Shown piece by piece: positions 38,943 to 58,930 of a stretch of DNA of 64,000 nucleotides. The stretch comes from the human T2T-CHM13v2.0 reference genome, Homo sapiens: NCBI RefSeq assembly GCF_009914755.1, contig NC_060926.1. The stretch is one strand, 5' to 3'. The notes under the pieces were generated by a model. That model ran no database searches and was not told the origin of the DNA. It saw only the letters and a list, made by a program, of their open reading frames with translations. Within the stretch, counting starts at the first letter, position 1. The number at the start of each line of letters is the position of its first letter. The position numbers and the translations under genes are program-made.

Positions 38943-39657
38943 TATTAAGTTTGTCACCCACCCAAACATGGGAAATAATAGTAAAGGGGTTTTTGAAAAG
39001 ACAAATCCACAAATACAAAAAGAATAAAAGAGGAGTAAGCAACATTTTAGAGGGTAGAGAACATATGGAAGAGTGGTAACTTACTTACTCATTGAATCCA
39101 TGGAAGACAAATCCTAAGCTCCCATGGGGAAAGCCAAGAACTAACTTGAGTTTTGCTTCAGTACTCACAAAAGGACCATGAACTCATGCCGCCATTAAAT
39201 CTGTAAGTGTAAATGAAGACACTCAGCCATTTTAATAAATGGTCAGAGTACAGGATAGACTACAAGACCTCTCCACCTTACTTAGTGCAGTTGGAGCAGC
39301 ACTCTTCTTCTCCATACTCATAGAAGACTGAAGATTTAATACTGGACAGGTTAAAATTGAAAGACTCTCATCTGGATATACTAGACAAATTAAGAAGGAT
39401 ATTATCCTGAAAACAGAGGTGCTGACTAATTCCAAACTGTACTGAGATTCCAAACTCCCTTTTGTCTCTTATCATCTCATAGATTATTGGCAAGCAGTCC
39501 TGATCCCCTTATGCTTACCTGGGAAATATAATGACCCCTGAAAGAAAATATTAAATATTTTTATATCATGGATTATCTAAGGAAACAGCTCTACCTCAGA
39601 ATCTATTAAGCCAAAATTTAAAAAGTTCCTTCAGTCATTCTGAAATTCCAATAAGTG

Positions 39658-41030
39658 AGGGACTTCAAGGTAGCTGACTAGAGGTATCTAGCATTTGCCT
39701 TGTTCACAAAGAACCAAAATAGGGAGATGATCACACTTGAAATATAGTGCCTAAGAAAGAACACCAGAATTCAACAGAGAAGTAACAGGAAGCAAGGAAA
39801 GAGAGAAAAGTCAGGTAGGCCAGGCTTGGCCAGGAGCACTGGGTAGGGTCTGCAATGTGGGGGAAGAGCAACTCAGACATCCCCAGCAGTCCACATCCCC
39901 AAGTAGACTCCTGTGATTCTAGCCACAGGAGAGCCCCTTGACAGTCGCAGGTCCTGAAACCAACATAGAAAGCTACCTAGAGACTACAGAAAGGCATTAC
40001 TCCAGAGAGAGCTCATGGTGAGGCCCATACACTGCCAAAACCTAAGCAGCTGTGGCACAGCACCATTTTGGGAGCCAAGACACCACCAGATTGCATCCCA
40101 CCCTGGGGCCTAATAACATACATTTTCACATCCCTGGAGCCCCACTGAAATCCGCTGTCCCCAGCCACTGCCATTGCTGGCTGCTGCCTCTGGAAGCCTA
40201 AGCACAAGTCACTGGCAGCACCCCCGTCACCCTCATCGAGGTCAATATGCATTTATATGTACCTTGAGAATAAGCTACCATGCCTGCAGCTGTCACCTGG
40301 GGCCAAAAGACACACTCCTCAGCCACCTGGCTACAAGTGCTGCCATTAAACAACCCTCCTCTCCCTGGCAGCAGGGACACAGTGCCCTCACATATGCCAT
40401 AAGGGCAGCAACCCCTCCTCACCACTGATGTCTTCCCCACATGAGACTTCACTGGTACCTGGAGATCACCCCACCCTGTTTACCACAGCCAGCACCCACA
40501 TGCACCGCTGGGGCACCTGAGACCTACTCCTCCCTTCCTGGCTTGAATTTCCAGCATTCAAGAATGTCATTTGAAGGCTTGGGAATCACTCCATTCCATC
40601 CACCACCATTGGCCACTGAGCACTCCTCCTGGGGGCCTGAAAACAAGTCCACTCTTCCTGCCACTACACCAGCGTTAGCACTAAACTGCACATGCCACCA
40701 GCAGGCCTGGGGACTTACCCACACAGCAGTTGCAGCCATTGCCAACACCAGTGCAGATCACTTGGGAGTCAAAGGATCGTCCTGCCACAGCTGCTGCTAT
40801 CACAGATGCCATGTCCTCTGCCCAGGGCCCCGAAGACCTGCCCACCTGCATGGACCACCACTGTCACTGATAGCACCTGAACAAGTCACCTGTACCAAGT
40901 GCCAGAGCCTGCTACTCTGGGGCCCAAGGACATACACACTAGCATTCCTGCTACCACTGGGGACTGAGATTGGCCCACCTGATGTCAGTGTCCTCAGCAA
41001 AACTTCACCACAACTTCCACTACAGCCATA
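39658..41030 (+). mobile_element. Isolated 5' UTR of an older L1 (L1M1/M2-type 5' end)
   Basis: Begins GGGACTTCAAGGTAGCTGACTAGAGG, contains CAGAATTCAACAGAGAAG and GCACCATTTTGGGAG, and has C-rich degenerate subrepeats. No ORF1 follows. Confidence 0.65.
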
Positions 41031-42646
41031 CAATCCCTTAGAGATAGTCAATATTAGGGTTGCACAGTGAAGTTTGGTTTTAGGCATATTAGTCCACTAA
41101 TTTCATGGCACATGGATGGCCTCTAGAAAAATGAAAGTATGTTTGAAAGAGAACATTTCTAGCTGAAATGGCCAAGATGACTTAAGGGAAGAGGTGAATT
41201 GCTCAGAACCTTGAGTGGTGGTTCGTTTGTGTTCATGGATGGAGGTGGGGGACAGGGAGAGCTTAAAGAAATCTGCAATGCGAGAAAGGGGCCAAGACAG
41301 ACAAATAGAAACAGCTCCCATCTGCAGCTCCCAGCGAGATGAACACAGAAGGTGGGTGATTTCTGTATCTCCAACTAAGGTACCAAGTTCATCTCATTGG
41401 GACTGATTAGGCAGGTGGCGTGACCCATGGAGGGTGAGCAGAAGCAGGGTGGGGTGTCACTTTACCCAGGAGCTGCATGAGGTGGGGGGACCTCCCTCCC
41501 CCAGCCAAGGGAAACAGTGAGGGTCTGTGCTACCTGCCAGAGATACCGCGCTTCTCCCATGGATTTGTGCAATCTGCGGATCAGGAGATTGCATTGTGAG
41601 TCTATACCACTAGGGCCCTGGGTCTCAAGCACAAAACTGGGATAACCAACTAACCAACGACAGCCACTCCCGCCAGTGGCTGTTCAGGCTGGCACTGAGC
41701 TGCAGGAGTTTATACATACTCCAGTGGTACCTGGAACTCCAGTGAGGCAGGAGAACCTCACAGGAGTGGAAAGGCTAAAGCCAGGGAGCCAAGCAGTCTT
41801 GATCAGTTGGTCCCACTCCCATGGAGCCCTGAAAGCTAAGACCCACTGGCTTAAGACCCCTACTACCAGCACAGCAGTCTGGAGTCTGCATGGGAGGACT
41901 GAGTTTCCAGGGGAGGTGCGACTGCCATTACTGCAGCTGTAGTTGGTGGTTTTCCCCTGACAGTGCAAAGGAGACTGAGAGGTTTGCAGTGGGTGGAATT
42001 CTCCCACAGTGCAGCAAAGAGGCTGTGGCAGGCTGCCTTTTTAGGTTGGACCCAGAGCCATCCTTCCTCACTGGGCAGGCCATCCCTGCAGGAATTCCAG
42101 CAGCTCTAGTCAGGGGCTTACAGACAGAAATCTCATCTCCCTGGGACAGAGCACTGCAGGGGAGGGTGCATTGCGTTCTCAAGTTCAGCAGACTTAATCT
42201 TTCCTGTCTACTGGCTCTGAAGAGACTGGCTGATCCAGATGAGGGGAATTCCCCCAGCACAGTGCACTAGCTCCACTGAGGGAAAGTCAGACTGCCTCCT
42301 TAAGCAGGTCTTGGATCCCATGCCTCCTGACTTGACTGGGTGAGACCTCCCAACAGGGGTCACCAGACACCTCATATAGGACAGTTCCAGCTGGCACCAG
42401 GTCAGTGCCCCTCTGGGATGAAGCTTCTGAAGGGAGGAGCAGGCAGCAATCTTTGCTGTTCTGCAGCCTCCACTGGTGATTCCCAGGCAAACAGGGTCTG
42501 AAGTGCCCCCAGCAAACTGCAGCAGCCTGTTAGAACAAAAACAAACAAACAAACAAACAGAAAATAACAACAACAACAAAGACCCCACAAAAACCCCACT
42601 GAAAGGTCATCAGCCTCGAAGATCCAAGGTAGATAAATCCACGAAG

Positions 42647-43666
42647 ATGAGCAAAGACACGGAAAATTGCAAAAGCCAAAATGTCTCTTCTCCAAATGAT
42701 TGCAACACTTCTCCAGCAAGGGCACAGAATCAGGCTGAAGCTGAGATGGATGAACTGACAGAAGTAGGCTTCAGAAAGTGGGTAATAATGAATTTCTCTG
42801 AGCTAAAGGATTATGTTCTAACTCAATGCGAAGAAGCTAAAAACCATGATAAAAGATTACAGGAGCTGTTAACTAGAATAACCAGTTTAGAGAGGAACAA
42901 AAATGACCTGATGGAACTGAAAATCACAGCACGAGAACTTCAAGATGTTAACACAAGTATCAATAGTCAAATCAATCAAGCAGAAGAGAGAATATCAGAG
43001 CTTGAAGAATAGCTGGCTGAAATAAGGTAGGCAGACAAGATTAGGGAGAAAAGAATAAAAAGGAGTGAACAAACCTCAAAGAACTATGGGACTATGTAAA
43101 AACATCAAACCTACAACTAATTGGAGTACCTGAAAAAGATGGGGAGAATTGAACCAAGTTCGAAAACACACTTCAGGATATCACTCAGGAGAATTTTCCC
43201 AACCTAGCAAGACAGGCCAATATTCAAATTCAGGAAATCTAGAGAACTCCAATAAGATACTCCATGAAAAGATCTACCCTAAGACACATAATTGTCAGAT
43301 TCTCCAAGGTTGACATAAAGGAAAAACTGTTAAGGGCATCCAGAGAGAAAGGCCAGGTCACCTACATAGGAAAGTCCATCAGACTAACAGCAGACCTCTC
43401 AGTGGAAACCCTCCAAGACAGAAGAGATTGGGGACCAATAGTCAACATTTTTAAAGAAAATAAATTCTAACACAGAATTTTATATCCTGCCAAACTAAGC
43501 TTTATAATAGAAGGAGAAATAAAATATTTTTCAGACAAAGAAATGCTGAGTGATTTTGTCACTACCAGGCCTACCCTGCAAGAGCTCCTAAAGAAAGCAC
43601 TAAACATGGATAGGAAAATCCATTACCAGCCACTACAAAAACACATTGAAGTACACAGACCAATGA
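42647..43666 (+). pseudogene. L1 ORF1p, disrupted
   Basis: Peptides EMDELTEVGFRKWVIMNFSELK and RHIIVRFSKV...RLTADLS. Premature stop at 43010-43012 and later frameshifts. The end is approximate. Confidence 0.9.
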
Positions 43667-43720
43667 CACTATGAAGCAACTACATTAATAAGTTTGCAAA
43701 ATTAACCAGCCAGCATCATG

Positions 43721-47862
<4,142 letters not shown>

Positions 47863-50026
47863 ACAATGAGAACACATGGACACAGAGAGGAGAACAACAC
47901 TTACTGGGGCCTGTTGGGGTAGGGTTGGGGGGAGGCAAGGAGAGCATTAGGAAAAATAGTTAATGCATGCTGGGCTTAATACCTAGGAGATGGGTTGATA
48001 GGCACAGCAAACCACCATGACACACCTTGGCCTATGTAACAAACTAGCACATCTTGCACATGTACCCCAGAACTTAAAATAAAAATAAAAATACAAAAGA
48101 AAGAAATCTGCAATGCTAAACAACAAAAATGGCAAATGCATGCAAATGTCAGTGAATATAAAATTAAAACAAAACATTTCTGTTTAATTTAAACAAGGTA
48201 AATAGACAACAGACTATTCACTTATTATAACAACTTTAGAAATGAGGTTGGATTGTTCACTGTTATACTTACATAATTCCATAACTGTGGTGCTTCTCAA
48301 TCTTTTCTCTTGTTTGGAATAAATACTAGGTGGTGAGCCATGTGTTTGGTGGAATTTCCAAATAACTAATCAAATTCAACAGCAGACTTCTCCTCTCCCT
48401 TCATGATTAATTCCACATAATTCCACATAGTTTTTTTTTTTTCTTCCCATGTTCCCCAAGGCTTGACTTCTGTACCCAACCTAATCATTTTATTTATTTC
48501 CAGCTTTTCCTCAGGCAATAAAAATCTAGGCAACTGTAAGAGTTAATAACAAGCATAAAGGTTGTACTACATCAGTGTAGTTTTACAGTCTTGAATTTTA
48601 AATGTACAGAAACCACCAGAGTGCTCAATGGTAGGCTTCTGCTCATATAGAAAAGGGATGTGTTGAATTGAGCCATATGTTAGCCTCCTCCTTTATAACA
48701 ATGCATGTTGTAAGAGATTACATGCATGGACTGCTTTATGAATTTTGCTGAAAAATTTATAGCATGTGTCTTCTGAACATAATTAGATCTTGCTATGTGA
48801 TAAAAGCATTCTACTGAATTTATTTTATCTTGTAACTGAATAAATTTGCTTTGTTAATTTTTCAACATCTGCTAAATTTAAGTATATTTTTGCTATAAAT
48901 TGTATTAGTATGTAACTGACTCTGTAGTAAAATTAATTCATTTTATATTTCATTTTAACTGATTGAGATATATTTACAATACCAGGAAGATCAACAGAAA
49001 GAACATAGGCCTTGAAAATTCTGATTTGATTACAAGTATTAGGTACTTTATGTTATCAAAATACATACAATGAAAGGGAAGGTCCTGGGGTGTCAGTGAT
49101 GTCTTCAAACAGAATGTAGAAGGACATTATGTGTTGTGTAAGTAAAACTATTTTATTAACTCTCAGTCTCCAAATTTTGAAGATATGGAGAAGAAAGTTG
49201 AAAGACCTAAAAGAAAGGCAATATAAAATGGAAATCATGTAGATAGACACATATACTTTTATGCCCTTCCTCTCATCAGTATACATGTAATGTGTATTTC
49301 ATACATTGCTATTGATTTTAAAACGCAAATATCTTTTTATTAAAAATTATCTTTCCCACATGAATTTTATGTACATTATATTAAAAAATATACAAAACAC
49401 ATATACAATATGTGTATAAAACATGTTATTTTTTTCATTGAAGAGTTTTCTTATTTGCTAAAGGTAACTCACTATTTTAAACCAGTTCTACTTTACTCTT
49501 CTTCAGAACAGGCAGTTTTTTGTTTTGAGAATATTATGCTATGTTTTATGACAACATACCTGTCAAGTTTGCATGGTTATCCTAATTAGAGAATTAGATG
49601 CTAATCTCAACATAACTATGATATAGGTAATGCATCATGGAAGTCTTATGTGACGGAAAGCTGACAGTTGCAGAACAGTACTCCTTGGCCTTCGTGGATC
49701 ATGACCCATAGGTAGACTTTAAGTACTTTAAGTGTTTACAATTTTCTTACATGTTAAAGCAAAAGATCTTATCAAAGGCAATTTATGTGTCAATATTGAT
49801 ACGTACTTATTACATGTCCAACACAGCATTCATGTGCTAAATTTATTATTTTATATAATTTGCTTTATGTCTAAGATAATATTAAATAATAAAGGTACTT
49901 GTTAATGTCCTTCTAGGATCTCATTGTAACTGAATTAATACTAATCCTTTTCTTTTAAGATTTAAAATCATATTTGAACTTCCAACATCTGCTTAGTATA
50001 TAGAAAGCGAGAAAAGCACCACTCTC

Positions 50027-52518
50027 TGTATTAGGCTATTCTTACGCTGCTAGAGAGAAATATCTGAGACTGGCCATTTTAAAAGAAAAGAGGTTTAATT
50101 GGCTCACAGTTCTGCATGTTGTACAGGAAGCATGGTGCTGGCATCTACTTCTGGTGAGGCCTTAAGGAGCTGATAATCATGGTGAAGTTTATCAGGAAGC
50201 CAGCATGTCACACGGTGAGAGCAATAGCAACAGAAGAAGGGAGAGAGGTTCCAGGTATTTAAGCAACCAGGTTTCACAAGAACTGAGAGAGAACTCACTT
50301 ATTACCAAGGTGATGGTGCTAAACCATTCGTGAGAGACCCACATCCATGATCCAATCATCACCCACCACACCCCACCTCCAAAACTGGGACTCCCATTTT
50401 AACATGAGATTTGGAGGGCACAAGCATCCAAACCATATTATTCTATCCCTGCCTCCCCAAATCTCATGTCCTTCTCACATTTCAAAATACAATCATGCCT
50501 TTGCAATAACCCCAAAAGTCTTAATTTGTTCCAGCATTAACTCCAAAGTCCCAAGTCTCAAGTACCAAGTCCAAAGTCTCATTTGGAGATGTGTTCCTTC
50601 CACCTGTGAGCCCGTGAGATTAAATACAAGTTATTTTCTGTCAAGATACAATGGTGATACAAGCTTTGTATATATATTCCCATTCCAAATAGGAGAAATT
50701 GACCAAACGAAAGGGTCTACAGGCTCCACTCAAGTCTAAAACTTAGTGGAGCAGTCATTAAATCTTAAAGCTCCAAAATAATCTCATTTGACTCCATGTC
50801 CTGCATCCAAGGTATACTAGAGCAAGGGGTGGGTTCCCAAGTCCTTGGGTTGTTCTGTCCCTGTGGCTTTGCAGGGTGCAGGCCCTGTGGCTGCTCTCAC
50901 AGGTTGGAGTTGAGTGCTTGTGGCTTTCCCAGGCTCAGGATTAAAGCTCCCAGTAGATCTATCATTTTCAGGTCTGGATGATGGAGGCCTCCTTCCCACA
51001 GCTCCACTAGGCAGTGCCCTGGTGTGGACTTTGTCTGGGGGGCTCCAATCCCACATTTCCCCTCAGCACTACCCTAGTAGAGGTTTTCTGTGAGGGTTCT
51101 GCCCCTGTAGCAGGTGTCTGCCTGAGCACCCAGGCTTTCTCATACATGCTTTAAAATCTAAAGGGAAGATGCCAAGCCTCCTTCACTATTGCATTATATG
51201 CACCCACAGACTTAAAACCACATGGAAGCCACCAGTGCTTATTGTGGCCTATGCTCTCCAAAGCAGTGACCCAAGTAGTATCTGGGTCCAATCAAGCTGG
51301 AGCTGTAGGTAGAGCAGCCAGGATTCTAGGAGCAGTGTCCTGGGCTTGCCCAGGGCAGCGGGCCATGGGTCTGTCAAAGAAACCATTTTTTTCTCCTAGG
51401 TCTCTAGTCTGTAATGAGATGCCCTGTGTGAGAGATTTCTGAAATGCCTTTGAAACCTTTTCCCCATTGTCTTAGATAGTAGCACTTGGCTCCCTTTTAG
51501 TCATGCTAATCTCTCTAGCAAATGGCTGCCTGGGCAGCTTGCTTGTATTTCTCTCCAGAAAGTGTCTTTTCCTCTTCTATCACATGGGCAGGCTGCAAAT
51601 TTTTCAAATTTTGACACTCCACTTCTCTTTTAAATATGAGTTTCAACTTTAAGCCATTCCTTTGCTCCCACATATGATCTTAGGCTATTAGAAGCAGCTA
51701 TGCTCACTTATTGAACTCTTTGCTACAGGAATTTCTTTCACCAGATACCTTACGTCATCATTCTTCACTTCAAACTTTCTTAAAGCCCTAGGACATGGAT
51801 GCAGTGCAGCCAAGTTTTTTGCTAGGGAATAACAAGGGTGACCTTTATGCAAGTTCCTGATAAGTTTCTCATTTCCATCTGAGATCTCCTTAGTCTGATA
51901 TTGCTGCCCATATCTCTATCAGCATTTTTATCTCAAACATTTAACAAGTCTCTGTGAAGTTCCAGACTTTCTCTCATCATTCTATCTTCTTCTGAGCCAT
52001 CCAAACTCTACCAACCTCTGTCCATTACCGAGTTCTAAATCTGCTTCTACATATTTAGTTATCTTTGTAGCAATGCCCCACTCTTGGGTACAAATTTTCT
52101 GTTTTAGGCTGTTTTTACATTGTGTGAAGAAATATCTGAGGCTGGCTAATTTATACAGAAAAAAAGGTTTAATTGGCTCACAGTTCTGCTGGTTATACAA
52201 GAAGCATGGTGCCAGCATCTGGTGAAAGCCAGCCTGAGGAAGCTTTCAACCATGTGAGAAGGCAAAGAGGAAGCAGGCACCTCACACGGTGAGAACGGGA
52301 GCAAGAGAAAGGAGGTTGGGGAGAGGTCCCAGACCTTTAAACAACCAGATCCTGTGCGAATTGAATGAGAACTCACTTATCACCAAAGTAATGGTGATAA
52401 ACCATTCCTGAGGGATCTGCCTCCATGATCCAGTTACCTTCCATCAGGTCCCACCTCCAACACTGGGAATCACATTTTAACATGAGATTTGGAGGGGACA
52501 AATGTCCAAACCATTTCA
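50027..52518 (-). mobile_element. Complete MSTA-type MaLR element (LTR 50027-50440, internal 50441-52099, LTR 52100-52518)
   Basis: Two homologous LTRs of about 415 bp (GGTTTAATTGGCTCACAGTTCTGC, GAGAACTCACTTA, AACATGAGATTTGGAGGG) flank a 1.66-kb MaLR internal region. Flanks are CTCTC/CTCCT. Confidence 0.93.
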
Positions 52519-52629
52519 CTCCTATTCTTAAAATAAAAACAACGAAAAACTAGACTAGCTACACATTCATAATTTTCTTGAACACTCCATAGATTTGAGT
52601 TTATAGGTCAACCAAATAACTAAAAATTT

Positions 52630-53720
52630 AACAAAAACAAGTTTCTTCTGGAAAAATGAGATTCAGGCACTTGCTTACCTGAGGAAGATGCTATTGCACA
52701 CTGGTAAGATTAGTCTGGATAAATTGTTTAATGGAATGCTAAAGCCTGAGTATGGGATAGCAGAGAATGTAGAACTCCTGGTGGGTGCAGTCTGAGAGAA
52801 GACTTTTCTCTCACTCACAGGATTTTTTCCATAGAACTCAATAGCCTCACCAAAAAGATTGTTGAGCATCCTAAAATGTCTCCCTTGTGGTGCTATTCTG
52901 GGTTAAAGGAGACTCAGCAACTGCAGTAAAGATCCAAAACAAGCTTCAAATTCCTTCCCCCACACCCCTACTCCTCGTTTGTTGTTGTTGTTGTTTGTTT
53001 TTCTACAGGAAATAAAAAAGCCTTAAGCTGTTGGTGAAGAGCACTATACAGCATTTTTCTTAGAGAAATGGTGAAAATTTATTGTATCTGAGAGAGGGAG
53101 ACAGAAAAATCACTCCAACGTAGAGGAAGTGGCAAAAATGTGCTGTGATTAGAGTCTCCTCCAGTTGAGGGAGGAGCGTGGTCATTAGAAGGCTTTAACC
53201 CTGAAAGCCGGGAAACACAGTATTTGCCTAGAATGAAAGCTTAATCAGAACCACAGTGAATGCCTTCCCCAAGCCTCCAACTACCAACAGGTTAGCAAGC
53301 ATCAAATAATAAGGAACAGCAGAATACTGCTGGGGAAGGAGCAAGAGCATAGAGAGAGATCTGCTTTGAGGCACAGCATGGAGGGAAGACCTAAAGGTGA
53401 AGGTAGGAAGGTCACATTCAAGGAATTTGAAACAGGTGGTTCACCAGAGGGTAACTATAACAACCACAAATCCCAAACCCAGCTGATTAAAAACTGGATT
53501 GACTCAATGCTCTGAACTAAAGGCAAAGCAGGAGAAAAGTAATGTCCAGTTAAACAAACAAACAAACAAACAACTTATTTGCCTCAGAATCAATACAGAT
53601 TTCTAACTTTCAAAAAAAACTATGTGCCATATAAAAATACAAAACCCATACTCTTAAGAGAAGCAGAAGTCAACAGAAATTTAAATCATCCATCAGAAAG
53701 TATTGAGTTGTTTAGACACT
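52630..53720 (+). mobile_element. Possible old L1M 5' region
   Basis: Weak resemblance to L1MC/MD/ME 5' ends. Confidence 0.25.
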
Positions 53721-55909
53721 ATAAGAACCTTGGACTTTCTTGTTTCTCATTCTACACCACATTTATTAGATAGTGGAAATTAGAATTAGGAAAGTTAACA
53801 GAGGCTAATAGGCTAGTTAACAGGGAGTAAAATGTTTGATTGTCATAATCTAAATCTTGTGTCAAGAGAACATTCAATTATAGGCATTAGTTTCCATTTA
53901 GAAGTATGTAACACATTTCTGAGACATTGGCATTTTAAATGATTATATACTTAGGTACTTAAATAGGCTATCTAAAATACGTAATTATAAGGATAGCTAC
54001 CTCCCTCATTGATGATGGATTAATTCTTTCTGTCCCTTTGATTGCCCTTTAAATCTCATATGCAATAAATTGTAGTAATTATTTGTGATGGCAAACTCAC
54101 TTTTGCCCTGGCATAGTCCATTTTAATTTATCTAGTTAATTGTTTAAAATAATGTAATAAGCACCTTCAAACATACTAACCAAAACATAGCTCTTTTCCA
54201 TGAGATTTGCTACTGATTAGCTTAATACTAATCATCCAAATGGATGTTTTATGAGGTTGCTGACTTCTATCAGCATAATTGTAATGGTTTAGAAGAAATT
54301 TTTCTTTTTCAGACTGATAATGTTTTCTTCTTAAAAACTGAAAACTTCCCAACATAGTGACATGACTTCTTTGCAATTATTTTTAAACTATTGCTATTTT
54401 TTAACTAAATGGCAACACCATGATAATGTTAGAGATTTTAACTTTATACACATAGAGATTTATAAATAACCACATTGGTTACTGCTGTTTAACATATTAT
54501 ATAACTTGTTGACTGGCATAAAGTCTTCAAATGCAGGAGATAAAAATTGTAATGATCAAATGAGACGTTTTCCTAGTTAAGGATTTAAAAATTATCTAAA
54601 TTGTTTCAATTTTTTATATTAATGAATTTGGTGATAGATATGTTTCACTTAGTGCTTATTTTATCTTTTCTACTAAAACATTCAATGCTCATATTTTCCT
54701 CTAAAATGTAATAACAAAACTTTCCCTTGGGTTATCATTTCATCTTATTGTTAAAGAAGCTGGAAAGTGACACTAAAATAAACCAATAAAAGCAAAATAG
54801 ATTGTAAATAATATGTTCTTTAAAACGTATTTTTATCATTTCCCAACTCCAACTTTTCATCCTCTTTTTTTGTTTTTTTTTTTTAAATTGTGGCTCCAGC
54901 AGTAGTTCAATTTCAGAATCAATTTCATAATATATGTTTTAATATAAACTCAGTCTTAGAAACCACTGTATTTAAAAGTAACCTAGAATAGGTTAGGTGT
55001 ATATTGGATAATATTTCAGATTCATTTAACCCTTCCCTATCCTTCCAAGGTTGACTGAGGCTGTGTCAGCTACTTCTATGACATAATGGACAGTGATACA
55101 ATCTATTAGACAAGTTAGCCTGTAAAATAAGGTGTGAAAAATATATCAACAACTTATCTGGTGACATTCAGAGATAAGTGTTGTTGCAGTGTGTAACAAG
55201 GAATATGAAGTGGATAATATTTTGATGAGCATAAATAAATTTTTTAAAGTTTTATAAGTGTTTATCTTGGTATAATTTGATCACTCTATTTTCTCGGTCA
55301 TGACAGGTACTTTTCATGCTTAACCAGTACGTTATAGAGGTATATAGTAACTATATAAGCAAACAAAAGGGGAGGAACTAGTTTGGCTTTCACAAGGGAG
55401 AATCAGAAGATATATCAGAGAAGTGTGATCCTCAGTTTGGTTATAAAAGGTGAGTATAATGGCAATAGATTGAGATAAAAAGAAACAAATGTGCAAAATC
55501 CCAGTAGAACACAAGAACATGGTATATTTGGAAAACAACGAGAATTTCAGTAAAGGTTTATAATATATCTCTGCTAGACATGCTGCATGGCCACTCCAAA
55601 GACCCTTCTACTCTGATAGAGTGTCCCTAAATTATCAGTAGAATTGAGTTGACAGCCACTGCAGGCACTATCTGTGAACGCACGTATCTCCCAAAGGCAT
55701 ATATCACACAAACGGGAGTATCAGCTGCATCTGATGCCCTCACTGGGGATAATTTGAGTGACCTGTAGGTGAGACCAATAAGAGAAAGAACATTATTCTG
55801 GTTGCAGATCCAGAATAATACAGAAACTGTAGTGCACATCCAAAGCATGGTTAAATTAAATTGTCAACTCAACCTCCTGCTACCTCTCAACTGTATGCTA
55901 AGAATAATT

Positions 55910-56350
55910 GTCAGGCCCTGGGATTTAATTTTACCCTCCTTGTGAACAAGTTAGCCTGTTGTTACTGTTTCATGGATGCTGGCAGTAGACATGAGACTCC
56001 TGGGTGAGAGGTAAAGAGAATTTCATTACTCATGGCAGGATGAACATCATGTTTACATTATTTCTTCTTGTTCCACTGGTTCAATGGGGCTAATGCAGAG
56101 GGCCCAGATGGTTGCTGCACATGCAGTGGGTTGCATTACAGGAGAATAGTGAGCATCGATAATTGACTAACCTATAGTAAGCAATAAGCAAGCACACACT
56201 GTTCTAGAGGGAGACATGATCTCATACCTCATGGTTACTCATTGTAAACACAACTCTGGCAAAGGAAAAGAGCTGTCAGGGCCTTGCATGTTTGGTGTAC
56301 CCACTAAGACTGAGGAGTATGAGACTTCGTGGAGGACTGTTACCCAGCAA
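55910..56350 (-). mobile_element. Old ERVL-type LTR (MER76/MER77-like)
   Basis: TG...CA termini, TTTCATGGATGCTGGCAG...ACATGAGACTCCTGGGT, and a minus-strand start TGCTGGGTAACAGTCCTCCA. Confidence 0.45.
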
Positions 56351-57159
56351 AAACATAGATGAGATTGTTGAAGTAAGTTCACATCTGAAAGGTTATTCCA
56401 TATAAGACTGTCCTGCTTTCACTCATGTGTTCACTTCGTCGTGTTATCAGTGCCCTACTTTTATTTATGTATTCACTTCTTTATTTATGGGGAAATAAAA
56501 TTTCGCTGTATTTTTTTTAGCGTTCCTGTAGAAATCTTTAGCCTCCTGAGACACAGGAACATTCCATTCTTCACATACATAAGAATTTGATCTCTAGCTA
56601 TTTGTCTACTTAATGGTCCTGATATGAAAGTATAATAAAACTAATATTTCCTCAAGAGGACCAAATGGTTATATCCTGTAATAGTTCCCTAGATTAAGCT
56701 TCAGGATGTCAAGGAGACTGGAGCATTATCTCCCCAGTACTGATATTTCAGAAGAAACAATGCCTCAGACACAGGGGGCTATCTGCCTCATAGAGATATT
56801 TTATTTACATATACCAAATGATTGGGGTAAGGATTCAGGCCCATTAGGATTCAGGGTCTCTAAGGAGACCCTTTTAGAAAGGGAGGGATACAGTGGCCTC
56901 TTTCCTCTTTATTAGCAGAGAGCAAAAAAAAAATTTACTTTGTCTCTCACCCATGGAGTATCTGGATATTCAGATAGAAAAAAAAAAAAACAAAACTATC
57001 ATCTTTCATCATGTCACTGCAAGGACAAAAGAAGGGCAGTCGAAGCATTCAATTTTTACTGTGAGATAGTAAGAAATCTGTTTCTGACCCAGGACGTCTC
57101 CTAGGAGCATTTAGGATACAATTTTTAAAAGATGAATATTAAAAAGAAACAATTGGGTA

Positions 57160-58930
<1,771 letters not shown>

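Noticed and set aside
40441-41070. Longest ORF in the track (209 aa) as a novel gene
   Set aside because: It lies in the C-rich L1 5' UTR, has a GTG/near-random P/T/A/L-rich composition typical of stop-poor sequence, and has no recognisable domain.
41660-41683. 9-bp stem ACAGCCACT/AGTGGCTGT in the L1 5' UTR
   Set aside because: I could not tell whether it deviates from the subfamily consensus, and it is too short to call.
56400-57110. Possible further LTR-like segment (also around 61110-61400 and 62300-63650)
   Set aside because: The resemblance is too weak to assign a family or boundaries without a database search.
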